The notes below the pieces were generated by a model. It was not told where the DNA came from and made no database searches. It saw only the letters and a program-made list of their open reading frames with translations. A program made the translations under genes and the position numbers. A DNA stretch of 16,188 nucleotides from Candidatus Thermosaccharophagus tengchongensis (GTDB taxonomy: Bacteria > Armatimonadota > Fervidibacteria > Fervidibacterales > Thermosaccharophagaceae). The stretch is from assembly GCA_032161105.1 (NCBI GenBank), contig JAVHTD010000037.1; one strand, 5' to 3'. Below are positions 7,593 to 16,188 of the stretch, piece by piece. The stretch's first letter is position 1; every line of letters begins with the position of its first letter.

Positions 7593-8480
7593 ATGAAGCG
7601 CGAGCCGTTAAAGTCAACGCTGGCGTTTACCCTGATTGAGCTTTTGGTGGTCATCACAATCATTGCCATACTGGCAGCGATATTGTTCCCCGTCTTCTCA
7701 CGCGCTCGCGCGAAGGCGAGGAACGCAAGTTGCCAGTCCAACCTGAAGCAGATTGGCACAGCCATCATGATGTATGCGGAAGACTACGACGGCTTCCTCC
7801 CTGACAGCGACCCATTCTACGGCAGTCCTAACCAACCCAATTTCAAGACGCACGGAGTTGGGTGCTGTTGGGCGTGGGCGCTTTTGCCGTATGTGAAGAA
7901 TGTGGAAATATTCAAATGCCCAGAGAAGCCGAGGTTCTTCCCCGATGTGCCAGAGGGCAAGAAGCCGTTTGGAGCTCCGGGGGAGCCAGATGTGGTTGGA
8001 TGCATTGGCACAGACCCAGCGTGTGGACCAAACCCAAATGACAGAAGCAGGCAGATAGGGTATGCCTATAACGGGGCATTCTGGTGGAACGCCGCAGTTA
8101 GAGCTGGGATCGTGCAAGGTAATGAAGTGCCCGGCTTGCAAGGGCTTGACAAGGCTCACCTGTCTGAGGTTGAAGACCCAGCTGGAACTGTCGCAGTCAC
8201 TGATTCAACTGCAGCGGGCTACTACCAGATATATGACCAAGTTGCAGCCTCTCAAAATCCACAGGCACCAACTGGTCCAAACGACCCCAACTGGAGTCAA
8301 GTAAGCGGCAACTATCCCGAATATAACATGCCACAGGCGAGGCATGCTGATGGTTTCAACATACTCTTCCTTGACGGGCATGTGAAGTGGCGCGGCGTTT
8401 CTTACCGCGATGTTAGCGGGAGAAAAGTCCCAGAGGGAATAAAGCCGTGTGAGTTGACCATAGGCGAAGACTGCCAGTGA
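7593..8480 (+). CDS. Prepilin-type N-terminal cleavage/methylation domain protein with DUF1559 and H-X9-DG motif
   Basis: Leader [43 protein letters not shown], then [25 protein letters not shown] and C-terminal [24 protein letters not shown]. Confidence 0.93.
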   Translation: MKREPLKSTLAFTLIELLVVITIIAILAAILFPVFSRARAKARNASCQSNLKQIGTAIMMYAEDYDGFLPDSDPFYGSPNQPNFKTHGVGCCWAWALLPYVKNVEIFKCPEKPRFFPDVPEGKKPFGAPGEPDVVGCIGTDPACGPNPNDRSRQIGYAYNGAFWWNAAVRAGIVQGNEVPGLQGLDKAHLSEVEDPAGTVAVTDSTAAGYYQIYDQVAASQNPQAPTGPNDPNWSQVSGNYPEYNMPQARHADGFNILFLDGHVKWRGVSYRDVSGRKVPEGIKPCELTIGEDCQ

Positions 8481-8614
8481 TCACATGTCACGGACTTAAA
8501 CCGCCAAGATACCCCTATGATAGTGACGAGGTTGGTAGAGCAGAATGTTTTATGGCGTTGCTGTATGCCCTTGTTCAAGCAACACCGCCTAAGGCGCAAG
8601 AAGGTGAATGGCGG

Positions 8615-9691
8615 ATGAAGTGCATTAGGTGTGTTGGTGCCATTGTGATGGCGTTGTTAACCTTTGCTACAACACATGTGCGTGGGCAATCCGTGGGAGA
8701 AGTCAGACAAGTGTTTGCGCTTCAAATTGGCGATGGCACGCTCATATTGAGCTACGGCGCACCGATGGCTGGCATTATCGGCTCAAGCCCTTACCCACAT
8801 AACTTCTCGTTCATCACGCCACCGCCATCAATGGAATACATCATGCTGCCGACACGCCCTCTGTATAAGCCGCCAGCGGATTACACCTTCCCACCAATCG
8901 GCTACTATCCATGGCAATATCCAGTCGTCGTCCTTTACCCATATTGCTATTGGGGCTGCCCAACCTACTGGTGGGATTACAAGCCATCACTTTGGTTAAT
9001 GCTGACTCGCCCGCCAGTCATCCTGATATTTAAGTTGAGCAGGGCAAAGAGCGACGATGTTGCACAGCGCTTGAGGGAATCGGGGATTCACCCGATGCTG
9101 CGTTTTATGCCGTCTGGCGACAAGCTCGTTGTAACAGGTCCTCAAGAGGTCCTCACCGGCGTTGGGCAGGCGCGCATAAGGGAGCTAATCAAGGCGCTTG
9201 ACGAAGCACCACAGCTGAGCCGAAGCGAGGACAGCCAGAGGAATTTGAAAACGATAAAGCGCAGGGTGATAGTAAAGACCTACCTTGCAACATCAGATGA
9301 TGCACAACCCGAGAGCTCCCTCCCACAAGACATCATTCAAGCTTCAAATACACTGGGGCTGAGTTCGGTGCGCATGTTGCGCACCGATGAATGCGATGTC
9401 TCAATTGACCAAGTGACCACACTGAATTGGGAAACCACACGGAGCTCCACGATGAACGAGCCGCGCCTCAATGGCAGCTTGCGCATTCGCCCAATAGCGA
9501 TTGATGATGCCGCCACCCTGATGAGCCTGGACTTAAGCGCCTCAGTCGGATTGCCATCAAAATCGCTACGGGCAAGGCATGCCATAAATGCAACCATACT
9601 TTGCGATGGCGATAAGCCAACGCTCGTCATAAGCAACAATGCTGCAACTCGCTCATCGCTCATCTTGCGAATCCAACAGGCAAGCAGATGA
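8615..9691 (+). CDS. Exported hypothetical protein with Pro/Tyr/Trp-rich region and a NolW-like (Secretin_N) domain
   Basis: ATG at 8615 after AAGGTGA gives a signal-peptide-like start MKCIRCVGAIVMALLTFATTHVRG. The segment IFKLSRAKSDDVAQRL...KLVVTGPQEVL...IRELIKALDEAP resembles a NolW repeat. The ORF track starts it at 8477. Confidence 0.6.
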   Translation: MKCIRCVGAIVMALLTFATTHVRGQSVGEVRQVFALQIGDGTLILSYGAPMAGIIGSSPYPHNFSFITPPPSMEYIMLPTRPLYKPPADYTFPPIGYYPWQYPVVVLYPYCYWGCPTYWWDYKPSLWLMLTRPPVILIFKLSRAKSDDVAQRLRESGIHPMLRFMPSGDKLVVTGPQEVLTGVGQARIRELIKALDEAPQLSRSEDSQRNLKTIKRRVIVKTYLATSDDAQPESSLPQDIIQASNTLGLSSVRMLRTDECDVSIDQVTTLNWETTRSSTMNEPRLNGSLRIRPIAIDDAATLMSLDLSASVGLPSKSLRARHAINATILCDGDKPTLVISNNAATRSSLILRIQQASR

Positions 9692-9830
9692 ACGGCTCTG
9701 ATGATTCGCCCCCAAAGCCATCTCGCCTTCCTGAGGATGAATGGCATGGTGAAATCCCTTGATGCGCATGTTGGCATGGATGCAAAACCACATGGTTAGT
9801 TAACGCCACCATGGTAGCCACAACAAAGCG

Positions 9831-10691
9831 CTACTTCGGCTTCCTGAGCTGTTCATTGATCACTTGCAACATGCTCGTGGCGAGCTGGACCAATTCCCTC
9901 CGCTTAGCCGTTTTGATGAGGCGCTCACAAACCCTTGCAGCCTCCCTGAGCTCATTTGCCGAGTAGTGAACTACGGCGAGTTGAAACTGCGCCTCTTCAG
10001 CAACAGATGCATCGCCGCGCTGCGATGCAGCTATTGAGAGATGCTTCTTTGCGAGCTCCACTTGCCCACGATATGCATACCTCGTGCCGAGATGCAAATT
10101 GAGCGCCGACGCATATTTTCCCTTCCCCTTCGTCAGCTTCATCACCCTCTCAACGAACGGCATAGCCAACTCAAGCTGATCGCGCTCAATGAGGGCAACT
10201 GCAGCTTGATACGCGGCATTAACATCCTTCGGATTGCTTTGGGCACGCCCGAGGATATCACCGAGTGTGACGCCGCTGAGAACCTGCTTCAACAGCTCTG
10301 TCAGTGGCTCCTTAGGAATGTAACCCGTGGCAAGGTCAATCAACTCACCATCGCTTGAGAAAAACAGGAGCGCCGGAAGGACATCGCTTCTCCCGGCGAC
10401 ATAGCGTTTCCATAGCGCCTTCCCATCGCCATCGTTCAAATCCAACAGGGCGCAAACGAATTGGCGCATCAACCGCTGCACCTCCTCCGGGGAGAACATG
10501 AGCGCCTTGCTCTCAAGGCATCCTTTGCAGTTGGCATCGTAGATGAACACGGCAACTATACGGCGAAGCTTTGCGCCACTTGAAAGCGCCTCCTTAAGGG
10601 AACTAACCCACTCAACATCGGGACAAGATGAACCTATGAGGAGCAGGAGAACAGCGGCTGTAATGGCACATCCAGTTTCCTTGCAACTCAT
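9831..10691 (-). CDS. Exported thioredoxin-fold (CxxC) plus TPR repeat protein
   Basis: ATG at 10691 after GGGGTGG. Hydrophobic N-terminus, then VEWVSSLKEAL...VAVFIYDANCKGC...FVCALLD...LPALLFFSSDGELI (thioredoxin-like), then TPR-like helices (AAYQAAVALIERDQLELA; EAQFQLAVVHYSANELREA). Confidence 0.75.
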   Translation of the reverse strand: MSCKETGCAITAAVLLLLIGSSCPDVEWVSSLKEALSSGAKLRRIVAVFIYDANCKGCLESKALMFSPEEVQRLMRQFVCALLDLNDGDGKALWKRYVAGRSDVLPALLFFSSDGELIDLATGYIPKEPLTELLKQVLSGVTLGDILGRAQSNPKDVNAAYQAAVALIERDQLELAMPFVERVMKLTKGKGKYASALNLHLGTRYAYRGQVELAKKHLSIAASQRGDASVAEEAQFQLAVVHYSANELREAARVCERLIKTAKRRELVQLATSMLQVINEQLRKPK

Positions 10692-10938
10692 AGAGCAGTC
10701 CACCCCACTGTGAGCACAGCTTTTCAAGAGCTGATGCGATAACTCTCTTACAAGGTCGCAGCGCAACCGCAAATGGCGTTGAGAGCTTCAGCATCAAGTC
10801 AAAGCATACGACATTGCTCAACGCACCGCAAGCTGCATGCCTGCGCTTTCCGATGCCCGAACAATGAGACGCCAATTACGGCTCCAATGCAACCTTGCGA
10901 ACCTGCCCAACTTAAGGCACAGCTTTGGCGATGCTCGC

Positions 10939-10967
10939 TTAACCGAAACGCGTGATGCGATTATAAT
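10939..10967 (+). promoter_or_regulatory. Sigma70-type promoter of the dnaX operon
   Basis: TTAACC (10939-10944), 17-bp spacer, TATAAT (10962-10967), 76 bp upstream of the dnaX ATG. Confidence 0.6.
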
Positions 10968-11043
10968 GTTGGATGCACTTATGCGTTTTAACTCCGTTGT
11001 GCTCATTGGCACCACTCGGAGGGTGTGCGGGAGGGGGCGCACT

Positions 11044-12861
11044 ATGCCATACGAAACTTTATACAGGCGCTATCGCCCGAAGACTTTTGATGAGGTCGTT
11101 GGACAACCCCATGTTGTGAAGGCTTTGACCAACGCCCTCAGGTTGAGGCGTTTTTCACACGCTTACCTGTTCGCCGGGCAGCGTGGCACGGGCAAAACAA
11201 CTGTTGCAAGGCTGCTCGCAAAGGCGCTCAATTGCATCAACGGTCCGACAGAAAGACCATGCTGTGAATGCGAAGCCTGTTTGGCAATACAGCATGGCAG
11301 CTCAATGGATGTGATTGAGCTTGATGCTGCATCTCACACCAAAGTGGAGCAAATAAGGGAATTGATTGTGAGCCGAGTGGCATTCATGCCGGCACAACTG
11401 CGCTACCGAGTTTTCATCATTGACGAAGCGCACATGCTCTCAGCCTCGTCATTCAATGCCCTCCTCAAAACGCTTGAGGAGCCACCAGCGCATGTCGTAT
11501 TCGTGCTCGCCACAACAGACCCTCACAAGATACCGCCAACGATACAATCACGCTGCCAAAGGTTTGACTTCCGCCCGATACCGCCGATGCTCATTGTAGA
11601 GCGAATGGAGCAGATACTTGAAAGCGAACGGCAAGCCGGCAATGTGAAAACAACGGTGACAAAGGATGCACTGGAATTGATTGCGAAGGCTGCAAGCGGT
11701 TCGCTGAGGGATGCCCTGAGCATGCTTGAACAGCTGCTGCTTACAGACGAGGAAAGGGTTGACTCTGCAGCTGTCAGGGCATTGCTTGGGATGGTTAGCG
11801 AGGAGCTGCTCTATGGGCTCATGTCATCAATTGCCGATGGCGATGTGAGTTCATGTTGGAGGTTAGTTAGGAGCGCCATAAACGAGGGGAAGGACATCTT
11901 CCAACTCGTAAAAGACTTAATGGCATTCGGGCGCGAGTTGCTCGCCATGCATGTGGGCAAGACGGAATCAGACGGGAGCGATGATGAGCGCGCTGAGACT
12001 ATGAGGGTGCTTTGTGAGAAGCTCTCGCAGGAGCAACTTATACGCATCGTTGAATGCCTGTCCGAGACCGAAAGGGAGATGCGCCTGAGCAGCGACCCTC
12101 ACCTCGCTCTTGACATAGGCTTGCTGCGAACCGTGATTGAAGCACAAAAGGCAGCCGCCAAAACCATGGGAGCCGTAGAGCAAGTCACCGCACAGCAACC
12201 TGCATGTGATACCAGTCTCGCATCAGCTTACGCGGCAAGCGCTGACGAGGCGTTTGAAGGCGACGCCGCTCGCAGCGTTGCGAATAGCAGTATGAGCGCG
12301 GATGGAAAGGATGCGCCAGAAAATGATGCCGACGATGGCAGCGATGTGAAGCTTCTCTGGAGAAATGTGCTTGAGATGCTGCGCAGCCGTAAGCTGACGA
12401 CATTCGCTCTAATTCAGGACAGCGAACTTCTGCGAGTGGATGGTGACACGCTCATCGTTGCCCTTTCGCACCCATTCCAAAAGGAGTATATGGAAGACCC
12501 GGAGAGGAGAAGGGCGGTTGAGGAAGCAGCATCAAAATTGCTCTCAAGGGCTTGCTCAATAAGGTTTGTGCTCTCTGAGCAAGCGGAGCAAATGAAGCGT
12601 TTGACCGAGAGCACATTTAAATCGCTCAAGGGCACAAGTTTCATTGAACCGAGAGGCACAAGTCAATTGGCTAACTTGGACCTGCTGCAATTAAGTGAAC
12701 AGACGCCCGAAGACGCCGCCAGCGAACAGGCGCAGCTTGTTGAAGCGGAGAATGAAACTGAAGCAAGTGACGAAGGCAGCACAGGCTCAGAGAGCAAGCT
12801 GGACAGCACTATGAGGATGCTCTTCAGGATCTTCCCGCACTCGGAAGTGATCGCGGAGTGA
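11044..12861 (+). CDS. dnaX: DNA polymerase III subunit gamma/tau
   Basis: Motifs LYRRYRPKTFDEVVGQ, HAYLFAGQRGTGKTT (Walker A), Cys cluster CINGPTERPCCECEAC, IIDEAHML, NALLKTLEEPP, TIQSRCQRFDF and GSLRDA. Start set at ATG 11044 after GGGAGG; the ORF-track extension to 10837 would contain the promoter. Confidence 0.96.
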   Translation: MPYETLYRRYRPKTFDEVVGQPHVVKALTNALRLRRFSHAYLFAGQRGTGKTTVARLLAKALNCINGPTERPCCECEACLAIQHGSSMDVIELDAASHTKVEQIRELIVSRVAFMPAQLRYRVFIIDEAHMLSASSFNALLKTLEEPPAHVVFVLATTDPHKIPPTIQSRCQRFDFRPIPPMLIVERMEQILESERQAGNVKTTVTKDALELIAKAASGSLRDALSMLEQLLLTDEERVDSAAVRALLGMVSEELLYGLMSSIADGDVSSCWRLVRSAINEGKDIFQLVKDLMAFGRELLAMHVGKTESDGSDDERAETMRVLCEKLSQEQLIRIVECLSETEREMRLSSDPHLALDIGLLRTVIEAQKAAAKTMGAVEQVTAQQPACDTSLASAYAASADEAFEGDAARSVANSSMSADGKDAPENDADDGSDVKLLWRNVLEMLRSRKLTTFALIQDSELLRVDGDTLIVALSHPFQKEYMEDPERRRAVEEAASKLLSRACSIRFVLSEQAEQMKRLTESTFKSLKGTSFIEPRGTSQLANLDLLQLSEQTPEDAASEQAQLVEAENETEASDEGSTGSESKLDSTMRMLFRIFPHSEVIAE

Positions 12862-12915
12862 AAAACAGCCCTGCGTGTTTGCGGAAAGTTAAACTGAGTG
12901 GGAGGGATCAAAATC

Positions 12916-13254
12916 ATGCGCAACCTGCTCCAGCAGCTCCTGATGAAGAAGGCGATGCACCTTCAAGAGCGCGTGACATCGCTGCAAAAGGAACTTGACG
13001 AGATGAGAGTTGAGGGCATAGCCGGAGGTGGCGCTGTCAAAGCCGTTGCATCCGGCGCCGGCGAATTGCTTGAGATTAAGATTTCGCCAGAGTTGCTCAA
13101 GCCTGAGGAGATTGAGCTCGTTGAAGACCTTGTGCTTGTTGCAGTCCGTGACGCATTGGCAAAGGCTCAAGAGGCATCGGCGGAGAAGTGGCGCTCATTG
13201 CTCGCCGAACTCGGAATGCCAATCAACCTTCCCATTGATAAACTCTTTGCTTAA
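12916..13254 (+). CDS. ybaB: YbaB/EbfC nucleoid-associated protein
   Basis: Motifs VEGIAGGGAVKAVASG, IKISPELL.PEEIELVEDLVLVAVRDALAKA; canonical position between dnaX and recR; SD GGAGG at 12901-12905. Confidence 0.93.
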   Translation: MRNLLQQLLMKKAMHLQERVTSLQKELDEMRVEGIAGGGAVKAVASGAGELLEIKISPELLKPEEIELVEDLVLVAVRDALAKAQEASAEKWRSLLAELGMPINLPIDKLFA

Positions 13255-13305
13255 TGTCCACCCGCTCAAAGCGAGCTAAACATCCATTAAGCTCGGTGAT
13301 GCGCG

Positions 13306-13938
13306 ATGGAGCTGACGCCGACGCTCGCAAGGCTCATGCAAGAGTTAGAGAAGCTTCCGGGCGTTGGTCCCAAGACGGCACAGAGGTTGGCATTCTACAT
13401 CCTCTCACGCCCGAAGGAGGAAATACTCTCACTTGCAAAGGCGATCATTGATGTCAAGGAGCGCATAACGACATGCAGGCGCTGCTTCAACTTCTCCGAG
13501 GAGGAGCTTTGCCCAATATGCAGGGATGAGAACAGGGAGCAGTCCACAATTTGCGTCGTTGCAGACCCGCTTGACTTGATGGCTATTGAGAGCTCAGGCG
13601 CATACAAAGGTCTCTACCATGTGCTTCACGGCGTCATATCACCGCTTGATGGAATTGGACCCGAAGACCTGCGCATAAGCGAACTTGTAGAGCGGCTTAA
13701 GAGCGAGCCCATACGGGAGATTATTCTCGCACTCAACCCAACCGTTGAAGGTGATGCAACGGCACACTACATAGCCAATCTTTTGAGACCGTATGGCATA
13801 AGGATATCGCAACTGGCAATGGGCATACCGGCTGGTGGCGACCTCAACTACGCTGATAGAATGACAATTGCAAGGGCACTTATGGGCAGACACGATTTCT
13901 CCGGACTCGGCGATGGAGACCTGCCGACCACCCCGTAG
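13306..13938 (+). CDS. recR: Recombination mediator RecR
   Basis: HhH motif LPGVGPKTAQRLAFY, zinc finger CRRC...CPIC, and Toprim YHVLHGVISPLDGIGPEDL, EIILALNPTVEGDATA. Confidence 0.97.
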   Translation: MELTPTLARLMQELEKLPGVGPKTAQRLAFYILSRPKEEILSLAKAIIDVKERITTCRRCFNFSEEELCPICRDENREQSTICVVADPLDLMAIESSGAYKGLYHVLHGVISPLDGIGPEDLRISELVERLKSEPIREIILALNPTVEGDATAHYIANLLRPYGIRISQLAMGIPAGGDLNYADRMTIARALMGRHDFSGLGDGDLPTTP

Positions 13939-13977
13939 GAAGCTCGCAGCATCGTGCGGAGGTGCCCCAAGAAGGGG

Positions 13978-15909
13978 ATGTATAAGTTCCGATCGCTAAA
14001 ATGCAGCTGTGGTGCGCCATGCAGGCACGGCGCAGTCGTGGCAGCGATAATCAGGATCGCTGTTTCTGGGGTATTGCTGCTCATCGCATTCACCATAAAG
14101 CTGCTTAGGTTGGATGAAGCGCTCTTCATGTGGGCACTCATAACTGCAACGCTCATCTGCGGTGCACCAATTGCAATTGAGGCTGCAAGGGCTGTTTTAA
14201 GGTTGCGCTTTAATGTTCAGGCATTGATGACCGTTGCCGCCGTTGGCGCAATTGCCATAGGCGAGTTCTCAGAGGCAGCAGTTGTGCTCTTTCTCTTTGT
14301 GGTTGCTGAGCTGCTTGAAGAGATGAGCGCACAGCGCGCAAGGGATGCACTGCACCAGCTACTTAAGCTCGCCCCGAATGAGGCAACGGTCAAACGCGAC
14401 GGCGAGGAAGTAAGGGTCAATGTGGATGATGTGCATGTCGGTGACATCGTCGTCGTTAAGCCGGGTGAGCGCATACCAATTGACGGCATCGTCATAAGCG
14501 GACAAGCCAATGTAAACCAAGCGCCAATAACGGGCGAACATGCCCCGGTGATAAAAACTGTTGGAAGCAAAGTCTTCGCCGGCAGCATAAATGTTGACGG
14601 TGCAATTCAAATCAGGGCAACTCACACAGCTTCCGAAAGCACAATAGCTCGCATGGTCAAGCTCGTTGAGCAAGCCGAATCTCGCCGCTCAACTGTAGAG
14701 AAGTTTGTGGACAAGTTCGCCAGCTACTATACACCAACCGTAATTGCGATGGCAGCTTGCATTGCTATTCTTCCGGCGGCATTTGGCTATGGCGCATTTG
14801 AGACTTGGCTTTATAGGGCGCTCACTTTGCTCGTCATTTCATGCCCGTGTGCGCTCGTGATATCAACCCCGGTTGCGATAGTGTGCTCGCTCACCGCAGC
14901 CGCAAAGAATGGTGTGCTCATAAAGGGCGGGATTTATGTTGAGCAGTTGGCGGGCATCAAAGTTGTAGCCTTTGATAAGACGGGCACGCTGACAACCGGT
15001 GAACCACAGGTGACGAATGTCATCCCGATGAACGACCATACTGAAGAGGAGGTTCTGAGCATCGCCGGGGCGCTTGAGTCAATGAGCAAGCATCCACTGG
15101 CACAAGCAATTGTAAAGGAGGCTAAAAGGCGCTCGCTCAACATAAAGCGAATGAGCGAATTCAAAGCCGTGCATGGGCTCGGCGTTATCGGGAAAATTGA
15201 TGGCGCCGAATACTTTGTTGGACAAATTGAACTGCTGAGGCAACACAATGTTCCAATTGACGAGGTTGCAAGAATCATTGAGGAGCTCAATTCGGAGGGT
15301 AAGTCAACAGTCCTGCTCGGCACACGGGAACATGTGTGTGGCATCATCGCCCTCTCTGATACGCTGCGAAGCGATGCAGCATCAGTCATTGAGCACTTGC
15401 GCAGACATTGCAACAAACGGGTCATAATGCTGACCGGTGACAGTGCCGTTGTGGCGAAAGCCGTCGCGGCAAAGCTCAGCATTGATGATGTGAGGGCTGA
15501 GTTAATGCCCGAAGACAAGGTCGGGATAATACGAAAGCTCACCGATGAATACGGTGGCACTATTATGGTGGGAGACGGCATCAACGATGCTCCAGCAATC
15601 GCAGCTGCAACTGTCGGCATAGCGATGGGGGCTGTTGGAACCGATATTGCCCTTGAAGCTGCACATGTGGCGCTGATGGGCGACGAACTTGAGAAGATAC
15701 CATTCACAATTCACCTCAGCAAAAAAGCCGTGAAAATTGTCCATTTCAACGCAGCCTTTTCAATCCTCATGAAGGCACTCTTTGTGTTGCTTGCCATCGC
15801 TGGCTTTGCCACGCTGTGGATGGCAGTAGCTGCTGACATGGGCACCTCACTCATCGCCACAGCAAACAGCTTATGGTTGCTAAGGGCAAAACCTTTAATG
15901 GCGCAATAG
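13978..15909 (+). CDS. Heavy-metal P1B-type ATPase, P1B-2 (Zn/Cd/Pb; ZntA/CadA-like)
   Basis: Motifs KPGERIPIDG, ITGE, SCPCALVISTP, FDKTGTLT, SKHPLA, MLTGD and GDGINDAP. Lys in the penultimate helix (ILMKA) and ADMG in the last helix are the P1B-2 signature. Start may be GTG 13954 or ATG 13978. Confidence 0.9.
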   Translation: MYKFRSLKCSCGAPCRHGAVVAAIIRIAVSGVLLLIAFTIKLLRLDEALFMWALITATLICGAPIAIEAARAVLRLRFNVQALMTVAAVGAIAIGEFSEAAVVLFLFVVAELLEEMSAQRARDALHQLLKLAPNEATVKRDGEEVRVNVDDVHVGDIVVVKPGERIPIDGIVISGQANVNQAPITGEHAPVIKTVGSKVFAGSINVDGAIQIRATHTASESTIARMVKLVEQAESRRSTVEKFVDKFASYYTPTVIAMAACIAILPAAFGYGAFETWLYRALTLLVISCPCALVISTPVAIVCSLTAAAKNGVLIKGGIYVEQLAGIKVVAFDKTGTLTTGEPQVTNVIPMNDHTEEEVLSIAGALESMSKHPLAQAIVKEAKRRSLNIKRMSEFKAVHGLGVIGKIDGAEYFVGQIELLRQHNVPIDEVARIIEELNSEGKSTVLLGTREHVCGIIALSDTLRSDAASVIEHLRRHCNKRVIMLTGDSAVVAKAVAAKLSIDDVRAELMPEDKVGIIRKLTDEYGGTIMVGDGINDAPAIAAATVGIAMGAVGTDIALEAAHVALMGDELEKIPFTIHLSKKAVKIVHFNAAFSILMKALFVLLAIAGFATLWMAVAADMGTSLIATANSLWLLRAKPLMAQ

Positions 15910-15933
15910 ATTTTTTGAAGTATATGCCAAATT

Positions 15934-16188
15934 TTATCGCCATTTTCCGAAATCGCCGCCGGGCTTCAAGTAAACTACCGCCAATGGTGGCAAATTCAAC
16001 CGAACCGAAAAAGGTCGGTTTTGCCAAGGCAACTCTTCCGCCAATACCTCCGTCCCATGCTCCTCGTCCCTTGTCCCTCCATATCGCTGCCAGTCAGTAT
16101 TGAGAACTTCCTTCCAGACTCCACCGAATGGAACGCCGATACGATAGTCGTGCCGAACGACGGGCGTGAAATTGCAAACCACAACGAC
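15934..16188 (-). CDS. glgB: 1,4-alpha-glucan branching enzyme, C-terminal 84 aa (partial)
   Basis: VVVVCNFTPVVRHDYRIGVPFGGVWKEVLNTDWQRYGG...PFSVRLNLPPLAVVYLKP matches the GlgB C-terminal beta domain. The frame is open to the right edge. Confidence 0.9.
   Translation of the reverse strand, partial: VVVVCNFTPVVRHDYRIGVPFGGVWKEVLNTDWQRYGGTRDEEHGTEVLAEELPWQNRPFSVRLNLPPLAVVYLKPGGDFGKWR

Noticed and set aside
10773..11043. SRP RNA (ffs) upstream of dnaX, as in many Bacillota, and the 69-aa N-terminal extension of DnaX
   Set aside because: No SRP motif is visible. The extension would contain the TATAAT promoter, and homology begins at MPYETLYRRYRP.
12100..12400. Programmed frameshift or slippage site producing DnaX gamma
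   Set aside because: No A-AAA-AAG heptamer or long A/T run after domain III; only CAAAAG and CAAAAC are present.
14934..15707. 257-aa minus-strand ORF and other long antisense ORFs within serA, dnaX, the nitroreductase and the prepilin gene
   Set aside because: Antisense shadows of well-supported genes caused by codon bias.
1..16188. CRISPR arrays, IS elements, integrases, tRNA or rRNA genes
   Set aside because: No regularly spaced direct repeats, transposase/integrase motifs or structural RNA gene signatures were seen.

Overview
Mostly housekeeping DNA from a probably thermophilic bacterium; the DUF1559 prepilin style, the DUF6785/6784 membrane protein and BpsA suggest Armatimonadota (inference). 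Gene order: 5' part of bpsA (branched-chain polyamine synthase, minus strand, runs off the left edge and is missed by the ORF track) <- ~170-nt structured leader with its own sigma70 promoter and terminator | rimI -> DUF6785/6784 membrane protein -> nitroreductase -> yjbQ | surE <- serA | DUF1559 prepilin -> NolW/Secretin_N-like exported protein | thioredoxin-TPR protein (minus) | dnaX -> ybaB -> recR -> P1B-2 heavy-metal ATPase | 3' end of glgB (minus). The standout is the bpsA 5' leader (about 628-460, minus strand). It has a near-consensus promoter, a long multi-stem hairpin whose G-U pairs fix the strand, a terminator whose loop is complementary to an upstream bulge, and an 8-codon uORF whose SD and AUG are sequestered in the base stem. 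I cannot match it to a riboswitch class I know, so it is a candidate undescribed polyamine-, dcSAM- or temperature-responsive attenuator. Also noted: apparent total avoidance of GGCC and GTAC, and a palindrome pair upstream of the prepilin gene. All family assignments come from motif recognition by eye, not from database searches.
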